Positions 37,324 through 45,823 of a stretch of 55,448 bases of DNA are shown in pieces. Each line of letters starts with the position of its first letter. The stretch's first letter is position 1. Both the position numbers and the translations under genes were made by a program. Source of the DNA: Candidatus Parvarchaeota archaeon (GTDB lineage Archaea; Nanobdellota; Nanobdellia; Parvarchaeales; Parvarchaeaceae). The DNA lies in contig JAMCSP010000018.1 of NCBI GenBank assembly GCA_023378865.1, positions 1 to 55,448 on the forward strand, in the 5' to 3' direction. The notes beneath the pieces were generated by a model. That model searched no databases. It saw only the letters and a program-made list of their open reading frames with translations, and was not told where the DNA came from.

Positions 37324-37850
37324 TGGAAGAATCAAGTGAATTTTCTTATCCCGGCTTGTATGAGGTTATATTCATGAAGGCGGAAAAATTTATAAATACC
37401 GTTTTAAACTGGGGGAGAAGCAACTCTCTCTGGCCGTTGACATTTGGAACTTCATGCTGTGCAATAGAGATGATGACCTTTGGAGCTACTAAGGTCGATT
37501 CCGACAGACTGGGTGTTCTTTTTACGGGAGACTCCCCAAGACAGGCTGACCTTATACTTGTAAGTGGCACTATAACCAAGAAAATGGCAAGAAGGCTTTT
37601 AAATGTATATGAGCAGATGCCAGATCCCAAATATGTTATAGCGGTAGGGGCATGCAATGTAAGCGGTGGCCTTTATCACGACAGCTATAATACCATAGAA
37701 GGGATAGACAGAATAATGCCAGTTGATGCTTTTATCCCAGGTTGTCCTCCCAGACCGGAGGAGTTCCTGGATGCGGTTAGAGTACTGCAGAAGCTAATAA
37801 GAGAAAATAGGTCGAAAGCACAGAAAAATGGTAACATTAGACAAGCTTAA
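37323..37850 (+). CDS. nuoB: NADH:quinone oxidoreductase subunit B
   Basis: 175 aa. N2-cluster Cys motifs [27 protein letters not shown]. Confidence 0.92.
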   Translation: MEESSEFSYPGLYEVIFMKAEKFINTVLNWGRSNSLWPLTFGTSCCAIEMMTFGATKVDSDRLGVLFTGDSPRQADLILVSGTITKKMARRLLNVYEQMPDPKYVIAVGACNVSGGLYHDSYNTIEGIDRIMPVDAFIPGCPPRPEEFLDAVRVLQKLIRENRSKAQKNGNIRQA

Positions 37851-38292
37851 GAGCGGTTTTAAAGGAGATTTAGAGGTTCTCAATAGTGAACAGGGCCTTT
37901 CAGTTATAAGGATAAAGAACAAGAAATTAATTAAAAAGCTGGCATGGCAGATAAAAGAAGAGTTCGATATTCTGTATTCGCTTGCAGTAGTAGACTATTC
38001 TCCGGATTTTGAGCTTAACTATATCTTTTCAAATTATAAAAATGCGGATATACTTGTACTCAAGGTAAATATAACAGAGAAGGATTTTGCGATAGATTCA
38101 ATAACCGACATATTCAGTTCTGCAAACTGGGAAGAAAGAGAAGCATACGATCTATTCGGAATAAAGTTCAACGGCCATCCTGATTTAAGGAGGATACTCC
38201 TTCCGGAGGACTGGCCAGGCCATCCGCTCAGGAAGGACTTCAAGGTGGACGATGAAGTAAGAAATTGGACAGGCCTGGATCTAAAATTCTGA
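37828..38292 (+). CDS. nuoC: NADH:quinone oxidoreductase subunit C
   Basis: 154 aa. [31 protein letters not shown]. Confidence 0.88.
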   Translation: MVTLDKLKSGFKGDLEVLNSEQGLSVIRIKNKKLIKKLAWQIKEEFDILYSLAVVDYSPDFELNYIFSNYKNADILVLKVNITEKDFAIDSITDIFSSANWEEREAYDLFGIKFNGHPDLRRILLPEDWPGHPLRKDFKVDDEVRNWTGLDLKF

Positions 38293-38293
38293 T

Positions 38294-39388
38294 ATGGAAA
38301 ATAGCATAAGATTGAATATAGGTCCAGTTCACCCCGCAATGCACGGTGTTTTAAAGCTTATACTGGATGTTAAAGGAGATACCGTAATAAAGGCACAGAC
38401 TGAAATAGGTTTTCTTCACAGGGCCAGCGAGAAAATTGCGGAGATGCGTTACTTTTCCAATTATTATCCTATAATGGACAAACTTGATTATGTATCCGCA
38501 CTTAACATGGAAATATTATATGCATCTGTTGTGGAAAAAGCTGCAAACATAGAGATACCTGTAAGAGCGGTTTACATAAGAACTATAATGGCGGAGATAC
38601 AGAGAATAATGAGTCACTTGGTTTTTATAGGCAGTTTTGGTGAAGACATTGGAAACATGACTGGTTTTATCTGGGCACTGAGAGAAAGGGAGCTTTTGAT
38701 GACTATAGTCGAAAAGATAAGCGGGGGAAGACTTGCTCCTATGTATATCTGTAACGGGGGCATGTTTTATGATCTCCCGCAGGGTATAGAAGATGATATA
38801 CTGAAAGCCATGTCAACCATAGAGAACAAGGTAAATCATGAATACAATGCAATGTTTACTAAAAACCAAATATTTCTTTCGAGGACGAAAGGCGTTGGTA
38901 TACTGACAAAGGACATGGTTAAAAAATACGGGATAACAGGGCCGATTGCAAGGGCTTCTGGTATAAACAGAGATTTGAGGAAGATTTCTCCTTATCTTGC
39001 GTATGATAAAGTCGATTTTGAGATACCTATTGAAAATGAAGGGGATACTTACTCCAGGTTTGTCGTAAGAACAAGAGAGATTCTTGAATCGATAAAGATA
39101 ATAAGGCAGTGCATTAAAGATTTGCCATCTGGCCCCTATAAAACTGCGGTTCCATGGATAATAAGAATACCGAAGAAAGATACTTTTGTAAAACAGGAAA
39201 GTTCAAGAGGAGAGATGGGAATTTTTCTGGTTACAGACGGCGGAGATAAACCCTATAGGCTAAAGCTGAGAAGCCCTACATTCTTTGCAATACATGCATT
39301 AGAAGAACTGCTTGTAAACATAAAGGTAGCAGATGCATTTGTAATAGTTGCAAGCATGGATCCTGTTATGGGCGAGGTGGACAGATGA
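38294..39388 (+). CDS. nuoD: NADH:quinone oxidoreductase subunit D
   Basis: 364 aa. NIGPVHPAMHGVLKL, GFLHRASEK. C-terminus DPVMGEVDR lacks the Cys ligands of NiFe hydrogenases. Confidence 0.92.
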   Translation: MENSIRLNIGPVHPAMHGVLKLILDVKGDTVIKAQTEIGFLHRASEKIAEMRYFSNYYPIMDKLDYVSALNMEILYASVVEKAANIEIPVRAVYIRTIMAEIQRIMSHLVFIGSFGEDIGNMTGFIWALRERELLMTIVEKISGGRLAPMYICNGGMFYDLPQGIEDDILKAMSTIENKVNHEYNAMFTKNQIFLSRTKGVGILTKDMVKKYGITGPIARASGINRDLRKISPYLAYDKVDFEIPIENEGDTYSRFVVRTREILESIKIIRQCIKDLPSGPYKTAVPWIIRIPKKDTFVKQESSRGEMGIFLVTDGGDKPYRLKLRSPTFFAIHALEELLVNIKVADAFVIVASMDPVMGEVDR

Positions 39389-40383
39389 TATTCAACTATG
39401 TCTATTCGATTGTTTCTGCATTTGTATTTTCTCCCTTATCTTATATTATCAGCTTCATAATCATTGCCATCTTAGCGGTCATAGTCACCGCTTTAATACC
39501 CGTGTTCATAGGCTGGGTTGACAGGAAATACGCTGCACGAATAGAGTCCAGGTACGGGCCGGTTTATGTAGGGCCCTTTGGTCTTTTGCAGAATTTTGCT
39601 GACCTTACAAAGATGCTTGGAAAACGTTTCATAGCCACAAACATTGACTGGCTCTCATTCAATTTCACACCTATAGCTTTAGCAACCGTTTCATTCGCCA
39701 TGCTCTTGATAATCCCATTAGGTGGCCCGGGCCTTGAGTTTATATCGATTCCTTACTCTTTGCTTTTTATCTATACATTGCTGGCTATCTCTCCGCTGCT
39801 TATCCTGGTTGCAGGGTGGGGCGAGAACAACAAGTATGCACTTATCGGCGGGTTCAGGGGGGCTGCGCAGATAATAAGCTACGAGCTTGCTCTTATAGTC
39901 GTTTTATCCAGCGTAGCATTGCTTTCAGGTAGCTACAGCATTACATCAATTGTAAGTAATCAATCCTCGATATGGTACATTGCTTATCTCCCGGTTACAA
40001 TGGTAGTTTTTATAATTGCGGGTTTGGCTATAATAGAAAGAGAGCCGTTTGATGTACCTGAAGCTTCGCAGGAACTGCAGGCAGGGTGGAAGGTAGAATA
40101 CAGCGGGATAAGATACGGCTTCTTTTTAATCGGGGATTATGTAAGGGTAACTGTAATTGCAATGCTAGTTACTTATCTTTTCTTGGGAGGATGGAATGGG
40201 CCGGTTATTTCAGGTATCTTTTGGTTTATAATAAAAACGGCCATTGTTTTAATGATTATATTGACACCCAGATGGGTGCTTGGGAGGCCGAGGATAGACC
40301 AGCTGATAAAATTTGGGTGGAACTGGCTTTTGCCGTTGGCAGTGCTTAACTTAATATTGGTTGAGCTTTTTATGGTTTTATAG
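39385..40383 (+). CDS. nuoH: NADH:quinone oxidoreductase subunit H
   Basis: 332 aa, 8 TM helices. VDRKYAARIESRYGP, ENNKYALIGGFRGAAQIISYEL, EREPFDVPEASQEL. Confidence 0.9.
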   Translation: MIFNYVYSIVSAFVFSPLSYIISFIIIAILAVIVTALIPVFIGWVDRKYAARIESRYGPVYVGPFGLLQNFADLTKMLGKRFIATNIDWLSFNFTPIALATVSFAMLLIIPLGGPGLEFISIPYSLLFIYTLLAISPLLILVAGWGENNKYALIGGFRGAAQIISYELALIVVLSSVALLSGSYSITSIVSNQSSIWYIAYLPVTMVVFIIAGLAIIEREPFDVPEASQELQAGWKVEYSGIRYGFFLIGDYVRVTVIAMLVTYLFLGGWNGPVISGIFWFIIKTAIVLMIILTPRWVLGRPRIDQLIKFGWNWLLPLAVLNLILVELFMVL

Positions 40384-40384
40384 C

Positions 40385-40999
40385 ATGGGAATAAAAGAAA
40401 CTTTTAGTGCATTCGGTTATGGAATAAAGGAAGCCGGTTCAAAAAGGGCCACTTATCCTTATCCTGATAAGCCCTTGCCTATACAAAAACGAAGCAGGGG
40501 CATGCTTAGCTTAGATTTAGAAAACTGCATAGGCTGCGAACTTTGTTTTAAAATCTGTCCTTCCGATGCTATAAGGATGCAGAAAGTTGATTTCAAAGAA
40601 GCAGGTTTCCATACGAATGCAAGGAGCGAAGCTCCTGCGATAGACTTCAATAAGTGCATATTCTGCGGATTATGCAGCGAAATCTGCCCTCCCAAAGTAC
40701 TGCATCACACTCACAAGTATGATATCTCTACAGATAAAAGGAAAGAACTTGTTTATACGCCATTTCAATTAAGAGAAGTATACGAAAAGCTTGTCAAACC
40801 TTATGAAGATGAATACGATATAATAAAATTCCAAAAGGCTAGTCAGCCCCAAGATAAAAACGAAAGCACTACAGCTATGCAGAAAAAGGGCTCAAATGGC
40901 AATGAAACCAACGAAAATAAGACTGCAGTTGGGGCCACAAAACCGGCTAATCCAAATGCAGACAACGCAGTTAAACAAGAAACAAAAAATAGCAAATAG
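40385..40999 (+). CDS. nuoI: NADH:quinone oxidoreductase subunit I with low-complexity C-terminal extension
   Basis: About 204 aa from the ATG at 40385 (the track ORF starts earlier on an alternative codon inside nuoH). Two 4Fe-4S motifs CIGCELCFKICP and CIFCGLCSEICP. About 60-aa Asn/Lys/Thr/Ala-rich tail. Confidence 0.88.
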   Translation: MGIKETFSAFGYGIKEAGSKRATYPYPDKPLPIQKRSRGMLSLDLENCIGCELCFKICPSDAIRMQKVDFKEAGFHTNARSEAPAIDFNKCIFCGLCSEICPPKVLHHTHKYDISTDKRKELVYTPFQLREVYEKLVKPYEDEYDIIKFQKASQPQDKNESTTAMQKKGSNGNETNENKTAVGATKPANPNADNAVKQETKNSK

Positions 41000-41079
41000 C
41001 AGCTTCTGTAGAAATTAGCCTGCTGCAAAAGAATGCCAAATAAATTTTATTTCTTAATGTCAACATTTAAATTTAACAA

Positions 41080-41100
41080 TTGCATTTAATTAAAATGCAA
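41080..41100. promoter_or_regulatory. palindrome spanning the aconitase start codon
   Basis: TTGCATTT-AATTA-AAATGCAA (8-bp perfect arms). The ATG at 41095 lies in the right arm. A TATA-like TTTAAATTTAA lies about 20 nt upstream. Confidence 0.3.
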
Positions 41101-43860
41101 ATAAACCAGGAGAAGATCCTAGCAGAGTTTGATTTAAACGGCCGCAAAATAAAATATTATTCCCTGCCAAAATTAGAAGAGTTAGGTTACAGCGTTTCTA
41201 AGTTACCTTTCTCCGTTAGAGTTGTTTTGGAGTCTCTTCTTAGAAATTTAGACGGTAAAAGCGTTAAAGAAAAGGACGTTGAAAACATTGCAGGCTGGGA
41301 TCCCTCTGCTCCAAATGATAATGATGTTCCTTTTAAGGTTTCAAGGGTCCTGATGCAGGATTTTACAGGAGTTCCTGCAGTCGTTGACATAGCAGCTATA
41401 CGTGATTATGTATCAAAAAAAGGAAAAGATCCTGCTTTAGTAGAACCCCTGATGAAAGTAGACCTTATAATTGACCATTCTGTACAGATAGATTCTTTCG
41501 GTACAGAAGATTCATTTAAGATAAACCAGGAAAAGGAAGTAGAAAGGAATAATGAAAGATATAAACTTTTAAAGTGGGCAAGCCAGGCCTTCAAATCCTT
41601 TAATGTCTTTCCTCCCTCTGCAGGAATATGCCATCAAGTTAATTTGGAGTATTTAGGGGAGGTTGTACACCTAAACAGCAAATCAAATATGGCTTATCCG
41701 GATACATTGGTAGGGACAGATTCGCACACAACAATGATCGACGGCTTGGGTATAGTAGGTTTTGGTGTCGGAGGCATAGAAGCAGAAGCAGCACTCCTTA
41801 ATCAACCAGTCTCCTTTACAACACCAAAGGTTCTGGGAGTTCATTTAACCGGAAAGTTAAATGAAGGCGTTACAGCGATGGATTTGGCGCTTACACTTAC
41901 AAGGAAATTCAGGGAGAAAGGTGTGGTTGGCTGGTTTATAGAATTTTATGGAGAGGGTTTAAATTCGCTTTCTCTTCCTGACAGGGCAACGATCTCCAAC
42001 ATGTGCCCAGAATATGGCGCAACGATTTCATTCTTTCCAGTTGATGACGAGACTCTTAATTATCTTAAAGCAACAGGTAGACAAGAAAGCCAGATACAGC
42101 TTGTTAAAAAATACTACGAAAGCCAGAAAATGTTTAATCTTGATTATTCAAAGGTAAGATTCTCCGATACTCTTGAATTGGATTTAAAGACAGTAGAGCC
42201 ATCAGTTTCAGGTCCAAGCAATCCAAAGCAGGCAGTTTCACTTTCAAATGTTCCTTCTACTTTTATGAATGCTTTCATAACTGACGGGAAAACACAGAAT
42301 ACTGGCAAAGAAGAGATAAGATTGGGAACAGAGAGTAACATCGTTGAGCCTGAAAAAATAGACTTCGATAACGGTAAGAAAGGAATAAAAAAAGTGAAAA
42401 TAAGTTTTAGCGATGGCAAGGAAGAGGAGTTTTCTGACGGTGATATAGTGATATCTGCAATAACAAGCTGTACAAATACCAGTAATCCGGTTGCCATGAT
42501 TGCAGCAGGGTTACTTGCAAGGAATGCCGTTCAGAAGGGACTAAAGGTAAACCATAAAGTTAAAACAAGCCTTGCTCCAGGTTCAAGGGTAGTTACTGAA
42601 TACCTTGAGAAGGCCGGTCTTGACAAGTATTTAGATCAATTAGGTTATTCATTGGTCGGATACGGCTGCACAACATGTATAGGAAACAGCGGTCCCCTCA
42701 TTCAAGAGGTTTCTAATGCAATAAAAGAAAAAGGGATAATGACTGCAAGTGTACTGTCAGGCAATAGAAACTATGAAGCAAGAATACATAACGAGGTCAA
42801 GGGTAATTACCTCATGTCTCCTCCGCTCGTTGTTGCTTTCGGGATAGCAGGTTCTGTACTAAAGGATTTAAGCAGGGAACCCCTGGGTAAGGGAAGTGAT
42901 GGAAAGGATGTTTATCTGAAAGATATATGGCCATCAAATGATGAGATAAACAGGATAGTTAATTCCGTATTATCACCGGAAGAATTTAAGGAAAAATACA
43001 AAGACAATTTAAGGGATGTTAATCCTTACTGGAATGAACTGCCGTCTGCAACTGGTTTATTGTATAAATGGGAAGAAGAAAGTACATACATACGCTTGCC
43101 TCCTTTCTTTGATGAATTAGGCCCTGAAAAGGAAAATGAAATAAAATCAATAGAGAACGCCTCTGTTTTAGCGGTTTTCGGCGATTCTATATCAACCGAT
43201 CACATATCTCCTGCCGGCAGCATACCAAAAAACAGCCCAGCAGGCCAGTATTTACTGAAAAGAGGGGTAAAGCTTGAAGATTTTAATACTTACGGGTCCA
43301 GGCGCGGAAATCATGAAGTTATGATGAGAGGTACGTTTGCAAACACCAGGATTAAAAATCTTCTTGTTGAGGGTACGGAAGGAGGCTATACAATTTATAT
43401 GCCTTCAAAGGAAAAGATGTCGATTTATGATGCTGCTATGAAATACAAGGAAAGCAATACTCCTCTGATAGTATTTGCTGGTATAGAATATGGAAGCGGC
43501 AGTTCAAGAGACTGGGCCGCAAAGGGGCCTATGCTTTTGGGAGTAAAAGCTGTTGTAGCAAAAAGCTTTGAAAGGATACATCGCAGTAATCTAGTTGGAA
43601 TGGGCGTTTTACCATTGCAGTTTAAAGCAGGAGAGGATGCAGTCTCTCTTAAAGTAGATTTTTCAAAGCCAGTAAGCATAGAAATACCTGCTAGCTTTAA
43701 GCCGAGGGATAAATTGAAAATGGTTTATTATACACAGGACGGAAGCAAAAAAGAAACAGAGGTTATTGCAAGAATAGATTCAGACATAGAGCTTGATTAT
43801 TACAGAGACAAAGGGGTATTGAATTATGTTATAAGGAGGATATTGAACAATGGAAAATAA
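41095..43860 (+). CDS. acnA: aconitate hydratase (large AcnA/IRP type)
   Basis: About 921 aa from the ATG at 41095 (the track start at 41080 is TTG). GTDSHTTM, ITSCTNTSNP, GCTTCIGNSG, GSSRDWAAKG. Confidence 0.93.
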   Translation: MQINQEKILAEFDLNGRKIKYYSLPKLEELGYSVSKLPFSVRVVLESLLRNLDGKSVKEKDVENIAGWDPSAPNDNDVPFKVSRVLMQDFTGVPAVVDIAAIRDYVSKKGKDPALVEPLMKVDLIIDHSVQIDSFGTEDSFKINQEKEVERNNERYKLLKWASQAFKSFNVFPPSAGICHQVNLEYLGEVVHLNSKSNMAYPDTLVGTDSHTTMIDGLGIVGFGVGGIEAEAALLNQPVSFTTPKVLGVHLTGKLNEGVTAMDLALTLTRKFREKGVVGWFIEFYGEGLNSLSLPDRATISNMCPEYGATISFFPVDDETLNYLKATGRQESQIQLVKKYYESQKMFNLDYSKVRFSDTLELDLKTVEPSVSGPSNPKQAVSLSNVPSTFMNAFITDGKTQNTGKEEIRLGTESNIVEPEKIDFDNGKKGIKKVKISFSDGKEEEFSDGDIVISAITSCTNTSNPVAMIAAGLLARNAVQKGLKVNHKVKTSLAPGSRVVTEYLEKAGLDKYLDQLGYSLVGYGCTTCIGNSGPLIQEVSNAIKEKGIMTASVLSGNRNYEARIHNEVKGNYLMSPPLVVAFGIAGSVLKDLSREPLGKGSDGKDVYLKDIWPSNDEINRIVNSVLSPEEFKEKYKDNLRDVNPYWNELPSATGLLYKWEEESTYIRLPPFFDELGPEKENEIKSIENASVLAVFGDSISTDHISPAGSIPKNSPAGQYLLKRGVKLEDFNTYGSRRGNHEVMMRGTFANTRIKNLLVEGTEGGYTIYMPSKEKMSIYDAAMKYKESNTPLIVFAGIEYGSGSSRDWAAKGPMLLGVKAVVAKSFERIHRSNLVGMGVLPLQFKAGEDAVSLKVDFSKPVSIEIPASFKPRDKLKMVYYTQDGSKKETEVIARIDSDIELDYYRDKGVLNYVIRRILNNGK

Positions 43861-44869
43861 AAAATGGAAAGTGGCAGTTATAAAAGGTGATGGAGTAGGC
43901 CCTGATGTAGTGAATGCAGCTATTCTTGTATTGGATGCTATAAAAAAGAAGTTCAATCTTGATATAGAGTATGTGCCTGCAGAAGCAGGATTAAACTGTG
44001 TAGAGAAATACGGCACTAACCTGCCAAAGGAAACACTCGAAATACTAAAAACTACTGATTGCGTAATTAAAGGTCCAACTACTACACCAGAAGGCGCGAA
44101 TTCATTGCCGAGTGCAAACGTAGGAATAAGGAAATATTTTGATTTATACGCAGATGTCAGGCCAAATAAAACTTTGCCTAACGTTCCAAGTATTAAAAAT
44201 AATGTTGACATGGTTATTGTAAGGGAGAATACCGAAGGGATGTATTCCGGTTTGGATTTTAGAGTAAATCAGGAAACCACTATTGGAATAAGGGTAATAA
44301 CAAGAAAAGCATGCGAAAGGATAGTGAGATATGCGTTTCAATTGGCAGAAAGCAGGAAAAAGCACGTTACTTTGGTACATAAAGGCAATGTCCTTAAGGT
44401 TTCGGACGGCATGTTCAAAGACATATTTTATGAAGAAGCAAAGAAACACCCTGATGTAAAAGCAGATGATGCGCACGTCGATGCAATAACACAGTGGTTT
44501 ATAAAGCAACCAGAATTTTATGATGTACTTGTCACTGAAAACCTTTTCGGAGATATAATATCCGATGAGGCAGCTATGATTGTTGGAGGCATAGGTACAG
44601 GTGCATCGGCAAACATCGGGGATAAATATGCAATGTTTGAGCCTATACATGGTTCAGTTCCAAAGTATACTGGCATGGATAAAGTTAATCCAATAGGAAC
44701 AATAATGTCAGTAAAGATGATGCTTGACTGGATGAACTACAAAGAAGCAGGCAAGGCAGTTGAAACTGCAGTACATAAGGTTCTTGAAGAAGGTAAAGTA
44801 CTCACATATGATCTGGGCGGAAATGCAAAGTGTTCTGAAGTCGGAAAGGAAATCGCAAGCAGGGTTTAA
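43850..44869 (+). CDS. icd: beta-decarboxylating dehydrogenase, short isocitrate dehydrogenase-like (IDH/IPMDH family)
   Basis: 339 aa. SANVGIRKYFDLYADVRP, VRENTEG, NLFGDIISDEAAMIVGGIG. Overlaps the aconitase gene by 11 nt. Confidence 0.7.
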   Translation: MENKKWKVAVIKGDGVGPDVVNAAILVLDAIKKKFNLDIEYVPAEAGLNCVEKYGTNLPKETLEILKTTDCVIKGPTTTPEGANSLPSANVGIRKYFDLYADVRPNKTLPNVPSIKNNVDMVIVRENTEGMYSGLDFRVNQETTIGIRVITRKACERIVRYAFQLAESRKKHVTLVHKGNVLKVSDGMFKDIFYEEAKKHPDVKADDAHVDAITQWFIKQPEFYDVLVTENLFGDIISDEAAMIVGGIGTGASANIGDKYAMFEPIHGSVPKYTGMDKVNPIGTIMSVKMMLDWMNYKEAGKAVETAVHKVLEEGKVLTYDLGGNAKCSEVGKEIASRV

Positions 44870-44902
44870 CTTAAAACACTGTTATTCAAATTTATTCACC
44901 AG

Positions 44903-45823
44903 CTATTTTATAATATGCTTTAACGGTGCCAGTATCTTTTCCGGATCATGCTCATAGGGTATATTTTCATTTATAAAATCTCCGCTTATTACTCTTTTAT
45001 CCAACAGGTCATTTTCAACCCAGCCTGAAAAGTTTCCGTACTTGCCTTTTATGTTCTTTACAGACATGATTTTGCTGTTTATTATTACATAATCTATTTT
45101 TATGCCCCTGTTTTCAAAAATCTTTATGAAATCAGATGCTTTAAAGCCGTTTGTTTCTGATTTCTTGTTCATTATATTTACAATGAGTATTTTCTTTGCT
45201 TTTGATTTTGCGATAGTATCATCAAAACCATCTACCAAAGTGTTTGGCAGGATTGATGAATATACGTCTCCAGGTCCGAAGATAAGGAAATCTGATTTTA
45301 ATATAGACTCGGCTGCTGACTTGCTTATCCTGACTCTTTTATCAAGTTTTACATCCTTTATCTTTAGTTCTTTGTTTGAATTTCTGTCAAGGCTGTCTTC
45401 CCCTATCAAGTCTCCTTTGTCGGTTTTTATAACAAGGTTTGCAGAGCATTTTATATCATCAACAACCGGTATAAAATCTATATTTTTAGGGGTTTTGAAA
45501 ATGTTCTTGGCTATTTTCAAATAGTCTTTGTCATATTCCTTGACAAGGCTGTAAAGCAGTAAATTCCCTACATTATGGTTTATACCCTCCATTTCTATCC
45601 TTTGTGAGCTTATGTCTCTTAGAGCTTCGTTTTCTGAAACTGCAAGTATCCTGTCCCTTAAATCTCCAAGCGCATATATCCCAAATTTTTTTCTAAGATA
45701 GCCGGTAGAACCTCCCGAATCGAACATAGTGACTATGTTGTTTATCTTTATGTTCTTTATCTTTCTAAGTGCTTTTAACGTGTTTCTTGCACCGCTCCCT
45801 CCAATTATAGTTACTGTTTTCAT
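44903..45823 (-). CDS. YvcK/CofD-family (UPF0052, COG0391-like) protein
   Basis: 306 aa. IIGGSGARNTLKAL, MFDSGGSTGYLR, ALGDLRDR, GPGDVYSSILPNTLV. Confidence 0.72.
   Translation of the reverse strand: MKTVTIIGGSGARNTLKALRKIKNIKINNIVTMFDSGGSTGYLRKKFGIYALGDLRDRILAVSENEALRDISSQRIEMEGINHNVGNLLLYSLVKEYDKDYLKIAKNIFKTPKNIDFIPVVDDIKCSANLVIKTDKGDLIGEDSLDRNSNKELKIKDVKLDKRVRISKSAAESILKSDFLIFGPGDVYSSILPNTLVDGFDDTIAKSKAKKILIVNIMNKKSETNGFKASDFIKIFENRGIKIDYVIINSKIMSVKNIKGKYGNFSGWVENDLLDKRVISGDFINENIPYEHDPEKILAPLKHIIK

Noticed and set aside
38294-39388. Possibility that the nuoABCDHI set is a group-4 membrane-bound NiFe hydrogenase (Ech/Mbh-like)
   Set aside because: The NuoD homologue lacks both CxxC NiFe-ligand motifs. 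Its N-terminus reads GPVHPAMHG and its C-terminus reads DPVMGEVDR. A NuoA is present, and no antiporter-like subunit is adjacent.
40086-40349. 87-aa alternative-frame ORF inside nuoH; the extended nuoI ORF start at 40361
   Set aside because: Both overlap the conserved nuoH reading frame. The ATG at 40385 lies 1 nt after the nuoH stop and is the sensible nuoI start.
44903-45823. Annotation as CofD (2-phospho-L-lactate transferase, F420 biosynthesis)
   Set aside because: There are no other F420-pathway genes nearby, and the motifs (DSGGSTG, GDLRDR, GPGDVYSSILPN) fit the YvcK branch equally well. I kept the call at family level. It remains to be tested by phylogeny.
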